A stretch of 64,000 bases of DNA from an uncultured Alphaproteobacteria bacterium (GTDB lineage: Bacteria; Pseudomonadota; Alphaproteobacteria; Acetobacterales; Acetobacteraceae): assembly GCA_963708585.1 (NCBI GenBank), contig CAVPSW010000004.1, forward strand, positions 106,875-170,874. Direction: 5' to 3'. Both the position numbers and the translations under genes were made by a program. Position 1 is the first letter of the stretch, and the number at the start of each line of letters is the position of its first letter. This document shows positions 10,636 through 21,897 of this stretch, piece after piece. The notes under the pieces were generated by a model. The model saw nothing but the letters and a program-made list of their open reading frames with translations. It had not been told where the DNA came from and searched no databases.

Positions 10636-11184
10636 ATGACCTTCTTCGATCGCCGGACCCTGCTCACGGCGGCGGCGACCCTAGCGATGGCGTCTGGCGG
10701 GCGCAAACTGCTCGCGGCGACCGGGTCGATCGCGCCGAAGCTCGACGACCTCAAGCCGGCCGGGACGGAGGTGCCGGAGATCCACTTCACCCTGGCCGAC
10801 GGCACGCCGAGCACGCTCGCCGACTACGCGGGCAAGGGGATCGTGCTCAATTTCTGGGCCACGTGGTGCGTGCCGTGCGTGACGGAGATGCCGACCTTGG
10901 CCAAGCTCGCCGGGCTGGTGGCGGACGCCAACGTGGTCGTGCTGCCGCTCTCGTCGGATCGCGGCGGGGCGCCCGCGATCGAGCGCTACTTCCATGAGAA
11001 GGAGATCGAGGGCCTGCCGGTGCTGCTCGATCCGCGCGGCGACGCGGCGCACGCGATCGGCGCGCGGGGCATCCCGACCACGCTGCTGATCGACGCGAAG
11101 GGCCGCGAGCGCGGCCGCTACGAGGGTGCCGCCGACTGGTCCGACCCGGCCGCCGTCGCCGCGGTCAAGGCGCTGGCGAAGTGA
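10636..11184 (+). CDS. tlpA: TlpA-family periplasmic thiol:disulfide oxidoreductase
   Basis: Intact ORF. Twin-arginine-like leader FFDRRTLL and thioredoxin motif WATWCVPC. Confidence 0.85.
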   Translation: MTFFDRRTLLTAAATLAMASGGRKLLAATGSIAPKLDDLKPAGTEVPEIHFTLADGTPSTLADYAGKGIVLNFWATWCVPCVTEMPTLAKLAGLVADANVVVLPLSSDRGGAPAIERYFHEKEIEGLPVLLDPRGDAAHAIGARGIPTTLLIDAKGRERGRYEGAADWSDPAAVAAVKALAK

Positions 11185-11222
11185 GTTGAACCGGCCGCTG
11201 CTGGCGCCCAACCTCCACGGTC

Positions 11223-11594
11223 ATGACCGCAGCCTTCTTCTTCGCCGGTTCCGACGCCGCCGCCCGGCTGGCCTGGCTCCGCCGCGTCGCCTGGCTGCTG
11301 GACGGGCAGTTCGGGTTGCCGGGGACGCGGTTCCGGTTTGGCGTGAACTCGATGCTCGGCCTCTCGCCGGTGGTGGGCGACGCGGCGCTCGGGCTGATCT
11401 CGCTTTACCTCGTTTGGGAAGCCAAGCGGCTCGGCGCGCCGAACGCGCTCATAGGCCGGATGCTGGCCAACGTCGCCATCGAGGTCGCCGGCGGCTCCGT
11501 GCCCGTCCTCGGCGACTTGTTCGACATGGCGTTCAAGGCCAACCTGCGCAATCTGGACCTGCTGGAGCGCTGGCTCCGCACGGGAGCGGCTTAA
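11223..11594 (+). CDS. DUF4112 domain membrane protein
   Basis: Intact 123-aa ORF. Reads ...LLDGQFGLPGTRFRFGVNSMLGLSPVVGDAALGLISLYLV...VPVLGDLFDMAFKAN, typical of DUF4112 (from memory). Confidence 0.6.
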   Translation: MTAAFFFAGSDAAARLAWLRRVAWLLDGQFGLPGTRFRFGVNSMLGLSPVVGDAALGLISLYLVWEAKRLGAPNALIGRMLANVAIEVAGGSVPVLGDLFDMAFKANLRNLDLLERWLRTGAA

Positions 11595-11614
11595 GGCGCA
11601 CGGATCGCCGCCCA

Positions 11615-12635
11615 TTGGGTGCCGGCGCTCGTCTTCCTGTCCTCCTTTTGGCCGTATCGCTCCTGCTCGCTGCCTGCGCGGCGCCGACGGAGCTGGGTGC
11701 ACGCGACCGGGCGCTGATCGCCGGCCGGACCTTCGTCGTCACCGGCGCGTCCAGCGGCATCGGCGAGGGCGCGGCGCTGAAGCTCGCCGCCTATGGCGGC
11801 AACGTCGTGCTCGCGGCGCGGCGGGCCGACGTGCTGGAGGCGGTCGCGCGGCAGGCGCGGGCCTATGGCGCCCAGGCGCTCGCGGTGCCCGACCGATGTG
11901 AGCCGGCCGGAGGCGGTCCAGCATCTCGCCGACGCCGCCATCGCCCGGTTCGGGCGCATCGACGCCTGGATCAACGACGCCGCGGTCGCCGCGATCGGCC
12001 GCTTCGACGAGGTCCCGCTCCGCGACCACGCCCGGGTCGTCGACGTGAACCTGAAAGGATACATCTACGGCAGCTACGCCGCGCTGCAGCAGTTCCGGCG
12101 CCAGGGGTTCGGCACGCTGGTCAACGTGTCGTCGGTGGAGGGCCACGTCCCGCTCGCCTACCAGGCGAGCTACGCCGCGACCAAGGCCGGGATCCTGGCG
12201 CTGGACGGGGCGATCTTCGAGGAGCTCCGCATTGCGGGGAACCCGAACATCCGCATCGCCAGCGTGCTGCCCTGGGCGATCGACACGCCGTTTTGGAACC
12301 ACATGGCGAACTACACCGGCGGCGCCACGCGCTTCTCAACCATGGAAGGCCCGTGGCCGGCTGCGGACGCGATCGTCTGGATGACGATCCACCCGCAAAA
12401 GGAGATTGCGGTCGGTTGGCGGGCGGGGTTCGGCGTGGTCGGGGCGCAGCTCTTCCCCGGCCTGGCCGCGCATGTCGCCGCGGACCTGGAGCAGAGGCGC
12501 AATACGACAACCCGGTCGCGGCGCCGCCGACGCCGGGCAATCTGTTCACGCCGATGCCGGAGGGCACGACGGTGGAGGGCGGCGTGCAGGGCGCGAATGC
12601 AAGGCGATCGCGCCCCGAGGCGAGTGAGAAGCTAG
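11615..12635 (+). CDS. SDR-family oxidoreductase with lipoprotein-like leader (frame-broken; start and 3' end approximate)
   Basis: Leader LLLAVSLLLAAC. Cofactor motif TGASSGIGEG (in the frame of ORF 11126..13096). Catalytic YAATK is in ORF 11793..12635. Confidence 0.75.
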
Positions 12636-12761
12636 TCGTAGCCCTCGTTCTCCGCCCGCTCCTTGGCGGCTTCCTCCTGCACCTTCTCGTCGACCTTGTG
12701 CGGCTCGGATTCCTTCGCCGTAGGCTGCGGCGGCTTCTTGTCGTCGGAACTGGCCGGACAT
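12632..12761 (-). CDS. Small acidic hydrophilic protein (about 42 aa; frame break just after the ATG)
   Basis: GGGAGAA RBS plus ATG at 12761 (MSGQ...). The sequence then continues as [39 protein letters not shown] in the frame of ORF 12632..12976. Confidence 0.4.
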
Positions 12762-12881
12762 GGCGTTCTCCCTGTTCGCTTGGGAGAAACGGGCCGCGAT
12801 GCCCGGGGTTCGCGCCCTTCCTTTCCGCCGCCAAACCGGCTAACCCCGGCGCAAAGCAGAAACGCCCGGGGAATCTCGTCA

Positions 12882-13893
12882 ATGCCGCTCATCCGCCGCC
12901 GCTCGCTCGCCTTCGGCGCCGCCGCGCTGCCGCTGGTCGCGATCCGCTCGCGCCCGGCCGACGCCGCCGAGTTCACCTACAAGTTCGCCAACAACACCCC
13001 CGTGACCCACCCGATGAACGTCCGCGCGCAGCAGGCGGCGGACCGGATCAAGCAAGCGACCGGCGGGCGCATGGAGATCCAGCTATTCCCGAATAGCCAG
13101 CTCGGCTCCGATACCGACATGCTGAGCCAGCTCCGCTCCGGCGCGGTCGAGTTCTTCACCCTCTCCGGCCTGATCCTCTCCACCCTGGTCCCGCCCGCCT
13201 CCATCAACGGCGTCGGCTTCGCGTTCAAGAACTACGACGAGGTCTGGGCCGCCATGGACGGCAAGCTCGGCGCCTATGTCCGCGGCGAGATCGAGAAGCA
13301 CGGCCTGCATCCGCTGGACAAGATCTGGGACAACGGCTTCCGCCAGACCACGACCAGCAACAAGCCGATCAAGGTTCCCGATGACTTCAAAGGGCGTGAA
13401 GCTGCGCGTGCCGGTCAGCCCGCTTTGGACCAGCATGTTCAGCGCGCTCGGCGCCAGCCCGACCAGCATCAACTTCAGCGAGGTCTACTCCGCGCTGCAG
13501 ACCCACATCGTCGACGGGCAGGAGAACCCGCTCAACCTGATCGACACCGCCAAGCTCTACGAGGTGCAGAAATACTGCAGCCTGACCAACCACATGTGGG
13601 ACGGGTTCTGGTTCCTGGCGAACCGCCGCGCCTGGGAGCGGCTGCCGAAGGAGATCCAGGAGATCGTGGCGCGCGAGATCAACCACGCCGCGGTCGAGGA
13701 GCGCAGCGACCTCGCCAGCGCGAACAAGCAGGTGCAGGCGTCGCTGCAGAGCAAGGGCCTGCAATTCAACGACGTCGACACCTCGCTGTTCCAGGACCGG
13801 CTGCGTCAGGCCGGGTTCTACAAGGAATGGCGCGGCAAATACGGCGAGGATGCATGGCACGTGCTCGAGGAGAGCGTCGGCCAAATCTCGTGA
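12882..13893 (+). CDS. dctP: TRAP transporter substrate-binding protein, DctP family (one frame change near 13385)
   Basis: ATG at 12882 with a signal peptide, then [18 protein letters not shown]...[21 protein letters not shown]. The second half is ORF 13276..13893 (...[16 protein letters not shown]...). Confidence 0.85.
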
Positions 13894-13961
13894 CCCGGGC
13901 CACCGGGCTTTTTGTGCGCGCGCAATGCCCCATATTTGGGACGCTAACGGAGGAAGCCGCC

Positions 13962-14390
13962 GTGTCCCTGTTCGCTACGAAGTCCAAGCCCGCCGAACCC
14001 TACGCGTTCACCTTGTCGGATGCCGAGTGGCGAGAGCGCCTCACGCCCGAGCAGTATAAGGTGATGCGCGGCCACGGCACGGAGCGCGCCTGCACCAGCC
14101 CGCTGAACGCGGAGAAGCGCCAGGGCGTGTATCATTGCGTCGGCTGCGGCCGCGTCCTGTTCGACACCCATGCCAAGTTCGAGAGCGGCACCGGCTGGCC
14201 CAGCTTCTACGAGCCGATCGACCCGGCCGCCGTCGCCACCTCGGAGGACCGCGGCTTTGGCATGGTGCGCACCGAGGTGCACTGCGCGAACTGCGGCAGC
14301 CATCTCGGCCATGTGTTCCCGGACGGCCCGCCGCCCACCGGGCTGCGTTACTGCATGAACGGCGTCGCGCTGCAGTTCGAGCCGGCCTGA
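13962..14390 (+). CDS. msrB: Peptide-methionine (R)-S-oxide reductase
   Basis: GGAGGAAG RBS plus GTG at 13962. Zinc CxxC pairs (CVGCG, CANCG) and active site RYCMNG. Intact. Confidence 0.9.
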   Translation: MSLFATKSKPAEPYAFTLSDAEWRERLTPEQYKVMRGHGTERACTSPLNAEKRQGVYHCVGCGRVLFDTHAKFESGTGWPSFYEPIDPAAVATSEDRGFGMVRTEVHCANCGSHLGHVFPDGPPPTGLRYCMNGVALQFEPA

Positions 14391-14403
14391 CCGCCGGGTC
14401 GAC

Positions 14404-16571
14404 GTGGCCGTCGAGATCAAGGTCGGGCCACCGCAGCTCGCCATCCACGAGGGTTACACCGTCCTGGTGACGGAGCCGGACGGGCAGATGAGCCTGGCCG
14501 ACCGACAAGGGGCTCTACTTCTTCGACACGCGCGTCATCAGCGCCTACGCGCTCTATGCGAACGGCGAGAAGTGGGACCTGCTGAACAGCGGGGCGCCGG
14601 TGTATTACGGCGCGAGGGTGTTCCTGACCAACTGCGCATTCCCCAGCGAGGCCGGGGAGGTGCCGGCGCGAACGCTGAGCCTCGTGCTGAGCCGGGTGAT
14701 CAACGGCGGCATGCACGAGCTGATCGAGGTGACCAATCACGGCCGCGAGCGCGTGCACTTCAACCTTGAAGTCGCGATCCGCAGCGACTTCGCCGACATC
14801 TTCGAGGTCAAGAGCGGACGCATCGTCCGGCGCGGGCGGATCAGCACGACCTGGTCGGAAGAGAGCGGGGAGCTGGTCACCGGCTATCGCAACGGCGCGT
14901 TCTTCCGCGCGGTCCGGCTGCGCACGGTCTCGCCGGTGCCGATCATGTATGCGAACGGCCGGCTGAGCTGCACGCTGCAGCTGGCGCCGGGCGAGACCTG
15001 GCGCGGCTCGCTGCTCTACGACCTGGTCGACGGCGATAAGACCTACGCGGCCCCTGCGGAATGCCGGCTCGACCCCGACTGCCAGCAGGGTCGCGAATTG
15101 GCCGCGTGGCGGGGCAAGATGCTGGGAATCGAGACCAGCGTGCATGCGTTCCGCCTGCTGTTCGACCAGGCGGTCGAGGACATGGCGGCGCTGCGCCTGC
15201 CGGTCGAGAGCGATGGCGACATGGACTACCTGCCCGCCGCCGGGCTGCCGTGGTTCGTGGCGCTGTTCGGGCGCGACCCGCTGATCACCAGCCTGCAGAC
15301 GATGATCCTGCACACGGAGTTCGCGCGCGGCACGCTCAAGGTGCTGGCCCGCTGGCAGGCCAAGACGCGCGACGATTACCGTGATGCCGAGCCGGGCAAG
15401 ATCATGCACGAGCTGCGCCGCGGCGAGTTGGCCGCGCTCGGGCTGATCCCGCACACCCCCTATTACGGCACCGCGGACGCGACGCCGCTCTACCTGGTCA
15501 CGCTGCACGCGCTCTGGCGCGCGACCGGCGACCTCGAGCTGATCCGCGAGCCACATGGAAACGGCGGAGGGCTGCCTGTCCTGGATCGACGAATATGGCG
15601 ACCGCGACCGGGACGGGTTCCAGGAATACGGGACCAGGTCCGGCGCGGGCTACGAGAACGTCGGGCTGGAAGGATTCGGGCGAGGCGGTGGTGGACCCGC
15701 ACGGCCGCAACGTGGCCAGCTCCGAAGGCGCTCTGCGAGCTGCAGGGCTATGTCTACGCGGCGTGGCGCGGGATGGCGGAGGTCTACGCGGCGCTGGGCA
15801 ACGACGTCGCGGGCGGCGCTGCTCACGGCGAAGGCGGACGCGCTGTTCACGCGGTTCAACGCCGCGTTCTGGAACGAGGCGGAGGGCTTCTATGCCTTCT
15901 GCCTCGACGGCAACAAGGCGCCGATCTGGACGGTGGCGTCCAACCCCGGCCATCTCCTCTGGTCGGGCCTCGTGCCGCCGGAGCGTGCCGGCCGGGTCGT
16001 GGAGCGGCTGCTGCGGCCGGATATGTGGAGCGGCTGGGGCATCCGCACGCTGACCGACCAGAACCCGACCTTCAACCCGTACTCGTATCAGAACGGCTCG
16101 GTTTGGCCGCACGACAACAGCCTGATCGCGCTGGGGTTCAAGCGTTACGGTTTCGCCGAGCAGGTCAACCTCATCGCCGGGGACATCAATCAGGCCGCCA
16201 GTTTCTTTGCGTATCGGCAGTTGCCGGAGCTGTATTCCGGCGTGCGGCGCGAGGAGGCGAGCTTCCCCGTGCAATACCTCGGCGCGAACGTGCCACAGGC
16301 CTGGGCGGCTGGCGCGGTGTTCGCGCTGCTGCAGGCGATGCTGGGGATCGAGTTGGATGCGCCGAAAGGCGTGTTGCGGATCGACCCGGTGCTGCCGGAC
16401 TGGCTACCCGATCTTGTCTTGCGCGGGCTTCGGCTCGGGGCGGACTCGTTCGATCTCGCGTTCCGGCGTGATGGCGAGCGGACGCACTACGAAGTGCTGC
16501 AGGGCGACCCGGCGCGGGTGCAACGCGTCGTCGCCAAGCCCTGCTCCGCGCCGAAGCCGGCCTCGGCCTGA
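14404..16571 (+). CDS. Amylo-alpha-1,6-glucosidase / glycogen-debranching-type glycoside hydrolase (several frame changes)
   Basis: ORFs 14404.., 14600.. and 15555..16571 join into one protein. Motifs: GLPWFVALFGRD, EPGKIMHELRRGE, NPYSYQNGSVWPHDN (GDE_C-like). Confidence 0.8.
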
Positions 16572-16584
16572 TCGGCGCTGCGGG

Positions 16585-17893
16585 TCAGCCGGCGTGCGCC
16601 AGCCGTCCGCTCGGCTGCTGCGATTGCTCCACGCTCCGCGCGTTCAGGCTCGGCTCGGCGTGGAGCTCGATATGCCACTCCATCTCCCGCGCGGACAGCG
16701 GATAGGTGCCGTCCGCGGCCGGTTGCAGCGCATCGTCCGGTCCGAGCTGGGCCACCGCCGTCTGAACGAGCGTCGCGGCGCGCATGCCGAAGCCGGCCCG
16801 CCAGGACAGGCTGACAAGCCCCTTGGCGCTGCGCAATGCGATCATGCGGTCGACGGCCGCGAGTGGAACGCCGCTGGCGACTGCCAGGCAGGCCACGGCG
16901 CGGCGCATGTCGCCGGCCTGGGCCGCCTCGATCAGCGTATCCTCGGTCAGTCCGCCGGCCATCTTCAGCCGGCCGCACTCGGCAAGAAGCTTGTCGTCGT
17001 CCAACTCGGAGCCGGCCAGCGCCAGCTCGGACCCGATCCTGGCGCGCAAGCCGTCCACCAGCCCGGGCTCGAGGTCGGTGCGGGCGGCGAGGCTGGCCAA
17101 CAGGTCGGAGGCGACGAACTGGGTGAGCGCGCGGACCGCCTTGGCGCTGAGCCGTGGCCGTTGCACCAACGGCGCGTGCCAATCCACGTGGTAGGCCGCC
17201 CGGCCAACCAATGCGTCCAGCGTCGTCTCCTGGATGCAGGCGGAGTGGTTGGCGAGCAGGGCGCGGATGGCCGGCGCGTCGGCGTGCTCGATGATCGCCT
17301 CGGCCACGGTGGCGCTGAGCCCAGTCCGGCTCGCGATCGACTGCGCCGCGCTCGCGTGCGGCGGGGTGGCGAGCAGCGCGATGAGGTCGGTGTCCGTCAG
17401 CACGGGCGACAGCCGGATCACGGGGTCACTGACCGGCAGCGCCTCGTCCCGGGCGAGCAGCAGGATCAGGTCGTGCGGCGCTCGGGGCGTCGCCTTGACC
17501 GCGTCGGCGATCGCCGCCCGCACCTTGATCGCTTGGTCGCGCGCGAGCGCGGCGAGCAGCGCAGTGGATGTGCCGCGCGGCGCTGTCATGATCGTCGCGC
17601 GGAAGCCCCGGCAGCAAGCGCGCAATCCGGTCGCCGAGCAGTGCGCGGACCCGATCGTCGCCGTCGCGGACCAGGATGGTGTCCACTTCCGGCCCGCACG
17701 CGCCGTTGATGGCGACCGCGGCGCGGACGATGAGCTCCGGGTCGCGGGCGAGCTGGCACAACGTCGAGCTCGGGCTGTTCGGGCTTGCCGCGCGGCGGAC
17801 CCGTGTCGCCGCGTCTTCCTCCGCCGCTGGTTGGGGCGCGGTGGGCTCGTCGTTGCGCGGGGCCTGTCGGCGCGACATCGGCCAGAGGCTCAT
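16585..17893 (-). CDS. DUF2336 domain protein (HEAT-like repeats; one frame change near 17500-17600)
   Basis: ORF 17426..17923 (from the ATG at 17893) plus ORF 16585..17625. The ATG overlaps the GGDEF gene stop (ATGA at 17890-17893). The family name is from memory. Confidence 0.65.
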
Positions 17894-19272
17894 CCGACGT
17901 GATCCGGATTCGAGACGCGCCAATGCCCGCCGCCGTTGCGCTTGACTTCGTACATGGCCAGATCGGCGCGCTGGATCACGTCTTCCAACTCCTCGCCCTC
18001 ACCGGGTTGTCGGCAAGCGATGCCGATGGACATGGTCAGGCCGATCTCGCCCGGCGCCGCGAACTCGGCCGCTTCACGCGGGAAACTGAGGCGAAGATGC
18101 TCGGCCCGCTCCGCCGCGGTGAGGCTGTCGAACCCGTCGAGCCACAGCGCGAACTCGTCGCCGCCGAGACGGGCGACCAGGTCGGACGGGCGCACCATCC
18201 GCCGCAGCACCTCGCTGGTCAGCAGCAGCGCCGCGTCCCCGGCTTCGTGGCCGAGCCGGTCGTTGAGCGGCTTGAGCCGGTCGAGGTCGACGAACATGAG
18301 CGTCCCCGGCATGCTCTCCCGCTCCAGCCGGGCGATCCGGCGCTGCGCCTCCTCCATGAAGGCGCGGCGGTTGAGCAGGCCGGTGAGCGGGTCGGTCCGC
18401 GCCTGGCGCGCCAATTCGCGCTGGATGGTCTCATGTTCCAGCACCACCCGGACCAGGGCGGTGATCGAGGCAAGGAGCTGGAAGTCGTCGGCGTCCCAGC
18501 CGCGCTCATGCGACGGTCGCCAGACGGCGAGGGCCGCCAGCCGGCCGAACCGCGTGCTGTTGCAGCATGCGAGGACCTTCGCCCCGTTCGGTGTCAGGGT
18601 TTGCGGGCCGAACTCGGCTCCGCTGCGCAACTCGGGCACCAGAGCCGGCAGCAGATCCGTGATCGGCTCGCCCGCCTCGTGCACCACGGTTTCCATGTCC
18701 GGTGGATCGGACAGGTCCAGCACCGCCGCCCCCTGGCCGCCCAGGGCGCGCAGCAGCGTGGCGAGCATGGCAGACATGATCCGCGGTGCCTGCAACTCCT
18801 GCCGCATGCCGTCGAGGATATGGTCGAGGATATTGACCCGGCGCAGCGCCGCCGCGGCCGCCATGTCCCGATGCTCGCGCGCGGTCACGTCCAGCGCCAC
18901 GGCGCGGGCGCCGATGCAGCGGCCGGCCCGGTCGAGCAGCGGCGAGGAGGACAGGGCCAGGCAGACCTGCTTACCGTCGCCGCCGCGGACCCACGCCCGG
19001 CGTTGGCGCATGCCGAGATTGAGCAGGAACGGGTCGGGCAGATGGTCGATCCCGGGGAAAAACAGGTCGGCCGCGCGCTGTCCCAACAGGCCGGAGGCCG
19101 GCCAGCCGAGCACGATGTCCGGCGCCACGAAGGTCAGCGCACCGCTTTCGTCCACCTCGAACGCCAGGTCCGCGCCAAGCGCGCCGAAATCGCGCCAGCG
19201 ACGGCGGCTGTCCAGCAGGACCTGGCTGAACTGCTCAGCGACGGCCTCCGTTGGATCCGCGGTTTGGCTCAT
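17890..19272 (-). CDS. Diguanylate cyclase with N-terminal PAS/GAF-like sensor region
   Basis: Intact from the ATG at 19272. Active site RLGGDEFAL with an I-site RPSD five residues upstream, and ...[12 protein letters not shown]... Confidence 0.85.
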   Translation of the reverse strand: MSQTADPTEAVAEQFSQVLLDSRRRWRDFGALGADLAFEVDESGALTFVAPDIVLGWPASGLLGQRAADLFFPGIDHLPDPFLLNLGMRQRRAWVRGGDGKQVCLALSSSPLLDRAGRCIGARAVALDVTAREHRDMAAAAALRRVNILDHILDGMRQELQAPRIMSAMLATLLRALGGQGAAVLDLSDPPDMETVVHEAGEPITDLLPALVPELRSGAEFGPQTLTPNGAKVLACCNSTRFGRLAALAVWRPSHERGWDADDFQLLASITALVRVVLEHETIQRELARQARTDPLTGLLNRRAFMEEAQRRIARLERESMPGTLMFVDLDRLKPLNDRLGHEAGDAALLLTSEVLRRMVRPSDLVARLGGDEFALWLDGFDSLTAAERAEHLRLSFPREAAEFAAPGEIGLTMSIGIACRQPGEGEELEDVIQRADLAMYEVKRNGGGHWRVSNPDHVG

Positions 19273-19400
19273 GCTCCGGCTCCAGTCACGTGCGTGAGGG
19301 TGCCACGGAGGAGTGAACGACTGGTTACCGCCGGGCGCGTCGCGTTGACACGCTCCGGCCGGCTTGCGCATGGTCGCGCCGCCTATCCGCGGGAACCAGA

Positions 19401-20241
19401 ATGCACGACCATCCGCTCAAAGGGAGCATCGAACGGCTTTGGGAAGAGCGGCAGTCGATCGGGGCGGGAACGAGGGGCGAGGCGCGCGAGCAGGTCGAGG
19501 CGGTGCTCGATGCGCTGGACCGGGGCGAGCTCCGCGTGGCCGAGCCGACCGCGGACGGCTGGGTGGTGCACGACTGGCTCAAGAAGGCGGTGCTGCTGTC
19601 GTTCCGGCTCAACGACTCCGTGCCGATGCCGGGCGACGGCGGGGCGCCGGTCTATGACAAGGTGCCGCTCAAGACCGAGGGCTGGGGCGCCAATCGGTTC
19701 GCCGAGGCCGGGTTCCGCGCCGTGCCCGGGCGCGGTGGTGCGCCGCAGCGCCTATATCGCGCCCGGCGTCATCCTGATGCCGAGCTTCGTCAATGTCGGC
19801 GCCTATGTGGGCGAGGGCACGATGGTCGACACTTGGGCCACGGTCGGCTCCTGCGCCCAGGTCGGCCGCAACTGCCATCTGAGCGGCGGCGTCGGGCTCG
19901 GCGGCGTGCTGGAGCCGCTGCAGGCCAACCCGACCATCATCGAGGACGATTGCTTCATCGGCGCCCGCTCGGAGGTGGTCGAGGGCGTCGTGGTCGAGCG
20001 CGGGTCGGTGCTGGCGATGGGCGTCTTCATCAGCGGCTCGACCAAGATCGTCGACCGCACGACCGGCGAGGTCATCACCGGCCGGGTCCCGGCCTACTCG
20101 GTGGTGGTGCCGGGGACGCTGCCGGGCAAGCCGCTTCCGGACGGCTCGCCCGGCCCGGCGCTGTCCTGCGCCGTGATCGTCAAGCGGGTGGACGCGCAGA
20201 CCCGGTCCAAGACCGCGATCAACGACCTCCTGCGGGATTGA
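19401..20241 (+). CDS. dapD: 2,3,4,5-tetrahydropyridine-2,6-dicarboxylate N-succinyltransferase (one frame change near 19730)
   Basis: N-terminal part is ORF 19401.. (…[17 protein letters not shown]…). The hexapeptide-repeat C-terminal part is the tail of ORF 17785..20241 (…[23 protein letters not shown]…). Confidence 0.9.
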
Positions 20242-20242
20242 G

Positions 20243-21351
20243 GTGGACCCGCTGCCGCTCGCGCAGGCGCTGATCCGCTGCCGCTCGGTCACCCCGGCGG
20301 ACGACGGCGCGCAGGCCGTGCTGGCGCGCGCGCTGGAGCAGCTCGGCTTCACCGTCCATCACCTCCCGTTCGGCACCACGCCCAACCTGTTCGCGCGCGT
20401 CGGCGAGGACGGATTCCACCTCTGCTTTGCCGGCCACACGGATGTGGTGCCGCCGGGGGAGGGGGGCTGGACCGCCGACCCGTTCGGCGCGGAGGTGCGC
20501 GACGGCGTGCTGCTCGGCCGCGGCGCCTGCGACATGAAGGGCGGGGTGGCCGCCTTCGTCGCCGCCGTGGCGGAGCACTTGCCGTCGCTCCGCGGCTCCG
20601 TCTCCCTGCTGATCACCGGCGACGAGGAGGGCCCGGCGACCGACGGCACCGTCCGCGTGCTCGAATGGATGGCAGCGCACGGGCAGGTCCCGGACCTTTG
20701 CCTGGTCGGCGAGCCCACCAACCCGGACCGCCTCGGCGAGGTGATCAAGATCGGCCGTCGCGGCAGCCTCAACGCCGAGATCCGCGTCGTATGGCACGCA
20801 GGGCCACGTGGCCTACCCGCATCAGGCGGACAATCCGCTGCACCGGCTGGTGCGGGCGCTCGCGGCGCTGACCGCGGCGCCGCTCGACGCCGGCAGCTCG
20901 CTGGTTCGAGCCGAGCACGCTGCAGCTCACCAGCGCCGACGTCGGCAACACGGCCACCAACGTGATCCCCGCCGAAGCGCGGGCCCGGCTCAACATCCGC
21001 TTCAACGACCTCCATACCGGCGCCGGGCTGGAGGCATGGTTGCGGGCGACGCTGGCGCAGTATTGCCCGCGGTTCGACCTTCGCGTGGAGGTCAGCGGCG
21101 AGGCGTTCCTGACCGAGCCCGGCCCGCTCGTCGACCGGCTCCGCCGCGCGCTGGCCCATGCGACCGGGGTCGAGCCGCGTCTCGACACGGGCGGCGGCAC
21201 GTCCGACGCGCGGTTCATCGCCCGTTACTGCCCGGTGGCGGAGTTCGGCCTGGTCGGGACCACCATGCACAAGGTGGACGAGCAGGTCCCGGTGGACGAG
21301 CTGCGCCGCCTGTCGGAGGCCTATCGCGCCGTGCTGGCGGAGTTCGTGTGA
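20243..21351 (+). CDS. dapE: Succinyl-diaminopimelate desuccinylase (frame changes near 20790-20960)
   Basis: Motifs [25 protein letters not shown]. The middle part [17 protein letters not shown] is in ORF 20808... The C-terminal part is ORF 20962..21351. Confidence 0.9.
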
Positions 21352-21896
21352 GCGACCGGCTCAACCCGGCCCTGGGTGTGGCCCGCGTCGCCGTCGGGCG
21401 GGCCGACGGGCTCGCGCGCTTCGGCGGCACGGTGCAGTCCTTCCTGTCCAGCCTGGCGCCGCTGATCGCCTTCCCGCTGGCCGGCGCCCTCATCGAGCTG
21501 CTGCGGGACGGGGTGATGACGGCGCTCTCGCTGATCCTGGTGACGCTCGTCGCCCAGCTCGCGCCGCCGGTGCTGTCGCATGCGCTGGCCGCGCGCTGGG
21601 GCCGGGAGAACGAGTGGCTCCATTACGCCACCGCCTATAATTGGTGCTACTGGGCGCTGCCGGTGGTGCTGCTGTTCCTGATGTTCGTGTTCGGCACCGC
21701 CGTCGGCGCCGGGCTGCCGCAGACCCTTGGCGCGGAGGCGGTCGTGGTCGGCCTCGCGGCCTACAGCCTGTGGCTCCACTGGTTCCTGGCCCGGCACGCG
21801 CTGCGCCTCTCGCGCGGGCGGGCGGCGCTGCTGGTGGTGCTGGTCAACGCCGGGACGGTCCTGCTCGCGTTCGGCCCGGCGCTGCTCGCAAGTTAG
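21348..21896 (+). CDS. Hypothetical polytopic membrane protein
   Basis: GTG at 21348 overlaps the dapE stop. Several hydrophobic helices (…[17 protein letters not shown]…, …[18 protein letters not shown]…). No family recognised. Confidence 0.45.
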   Translation: MSDRLNPALGVARVAVGRADGLARFGGTVQSFLSSLAPLIAFPLAGALIELLRDGVMTALSLILVTLVAQLAPPVLSHALAARWGRENEWLHYATAYNWCYWALPVVLLFLMFVFGTAVGAGLPQTLGAEAVVVGLAAYSLWLHWFLARHALRLSRGRAALLVVLVNAGTVLLAFGPALLAS

Positions 21897-21897
21897 C

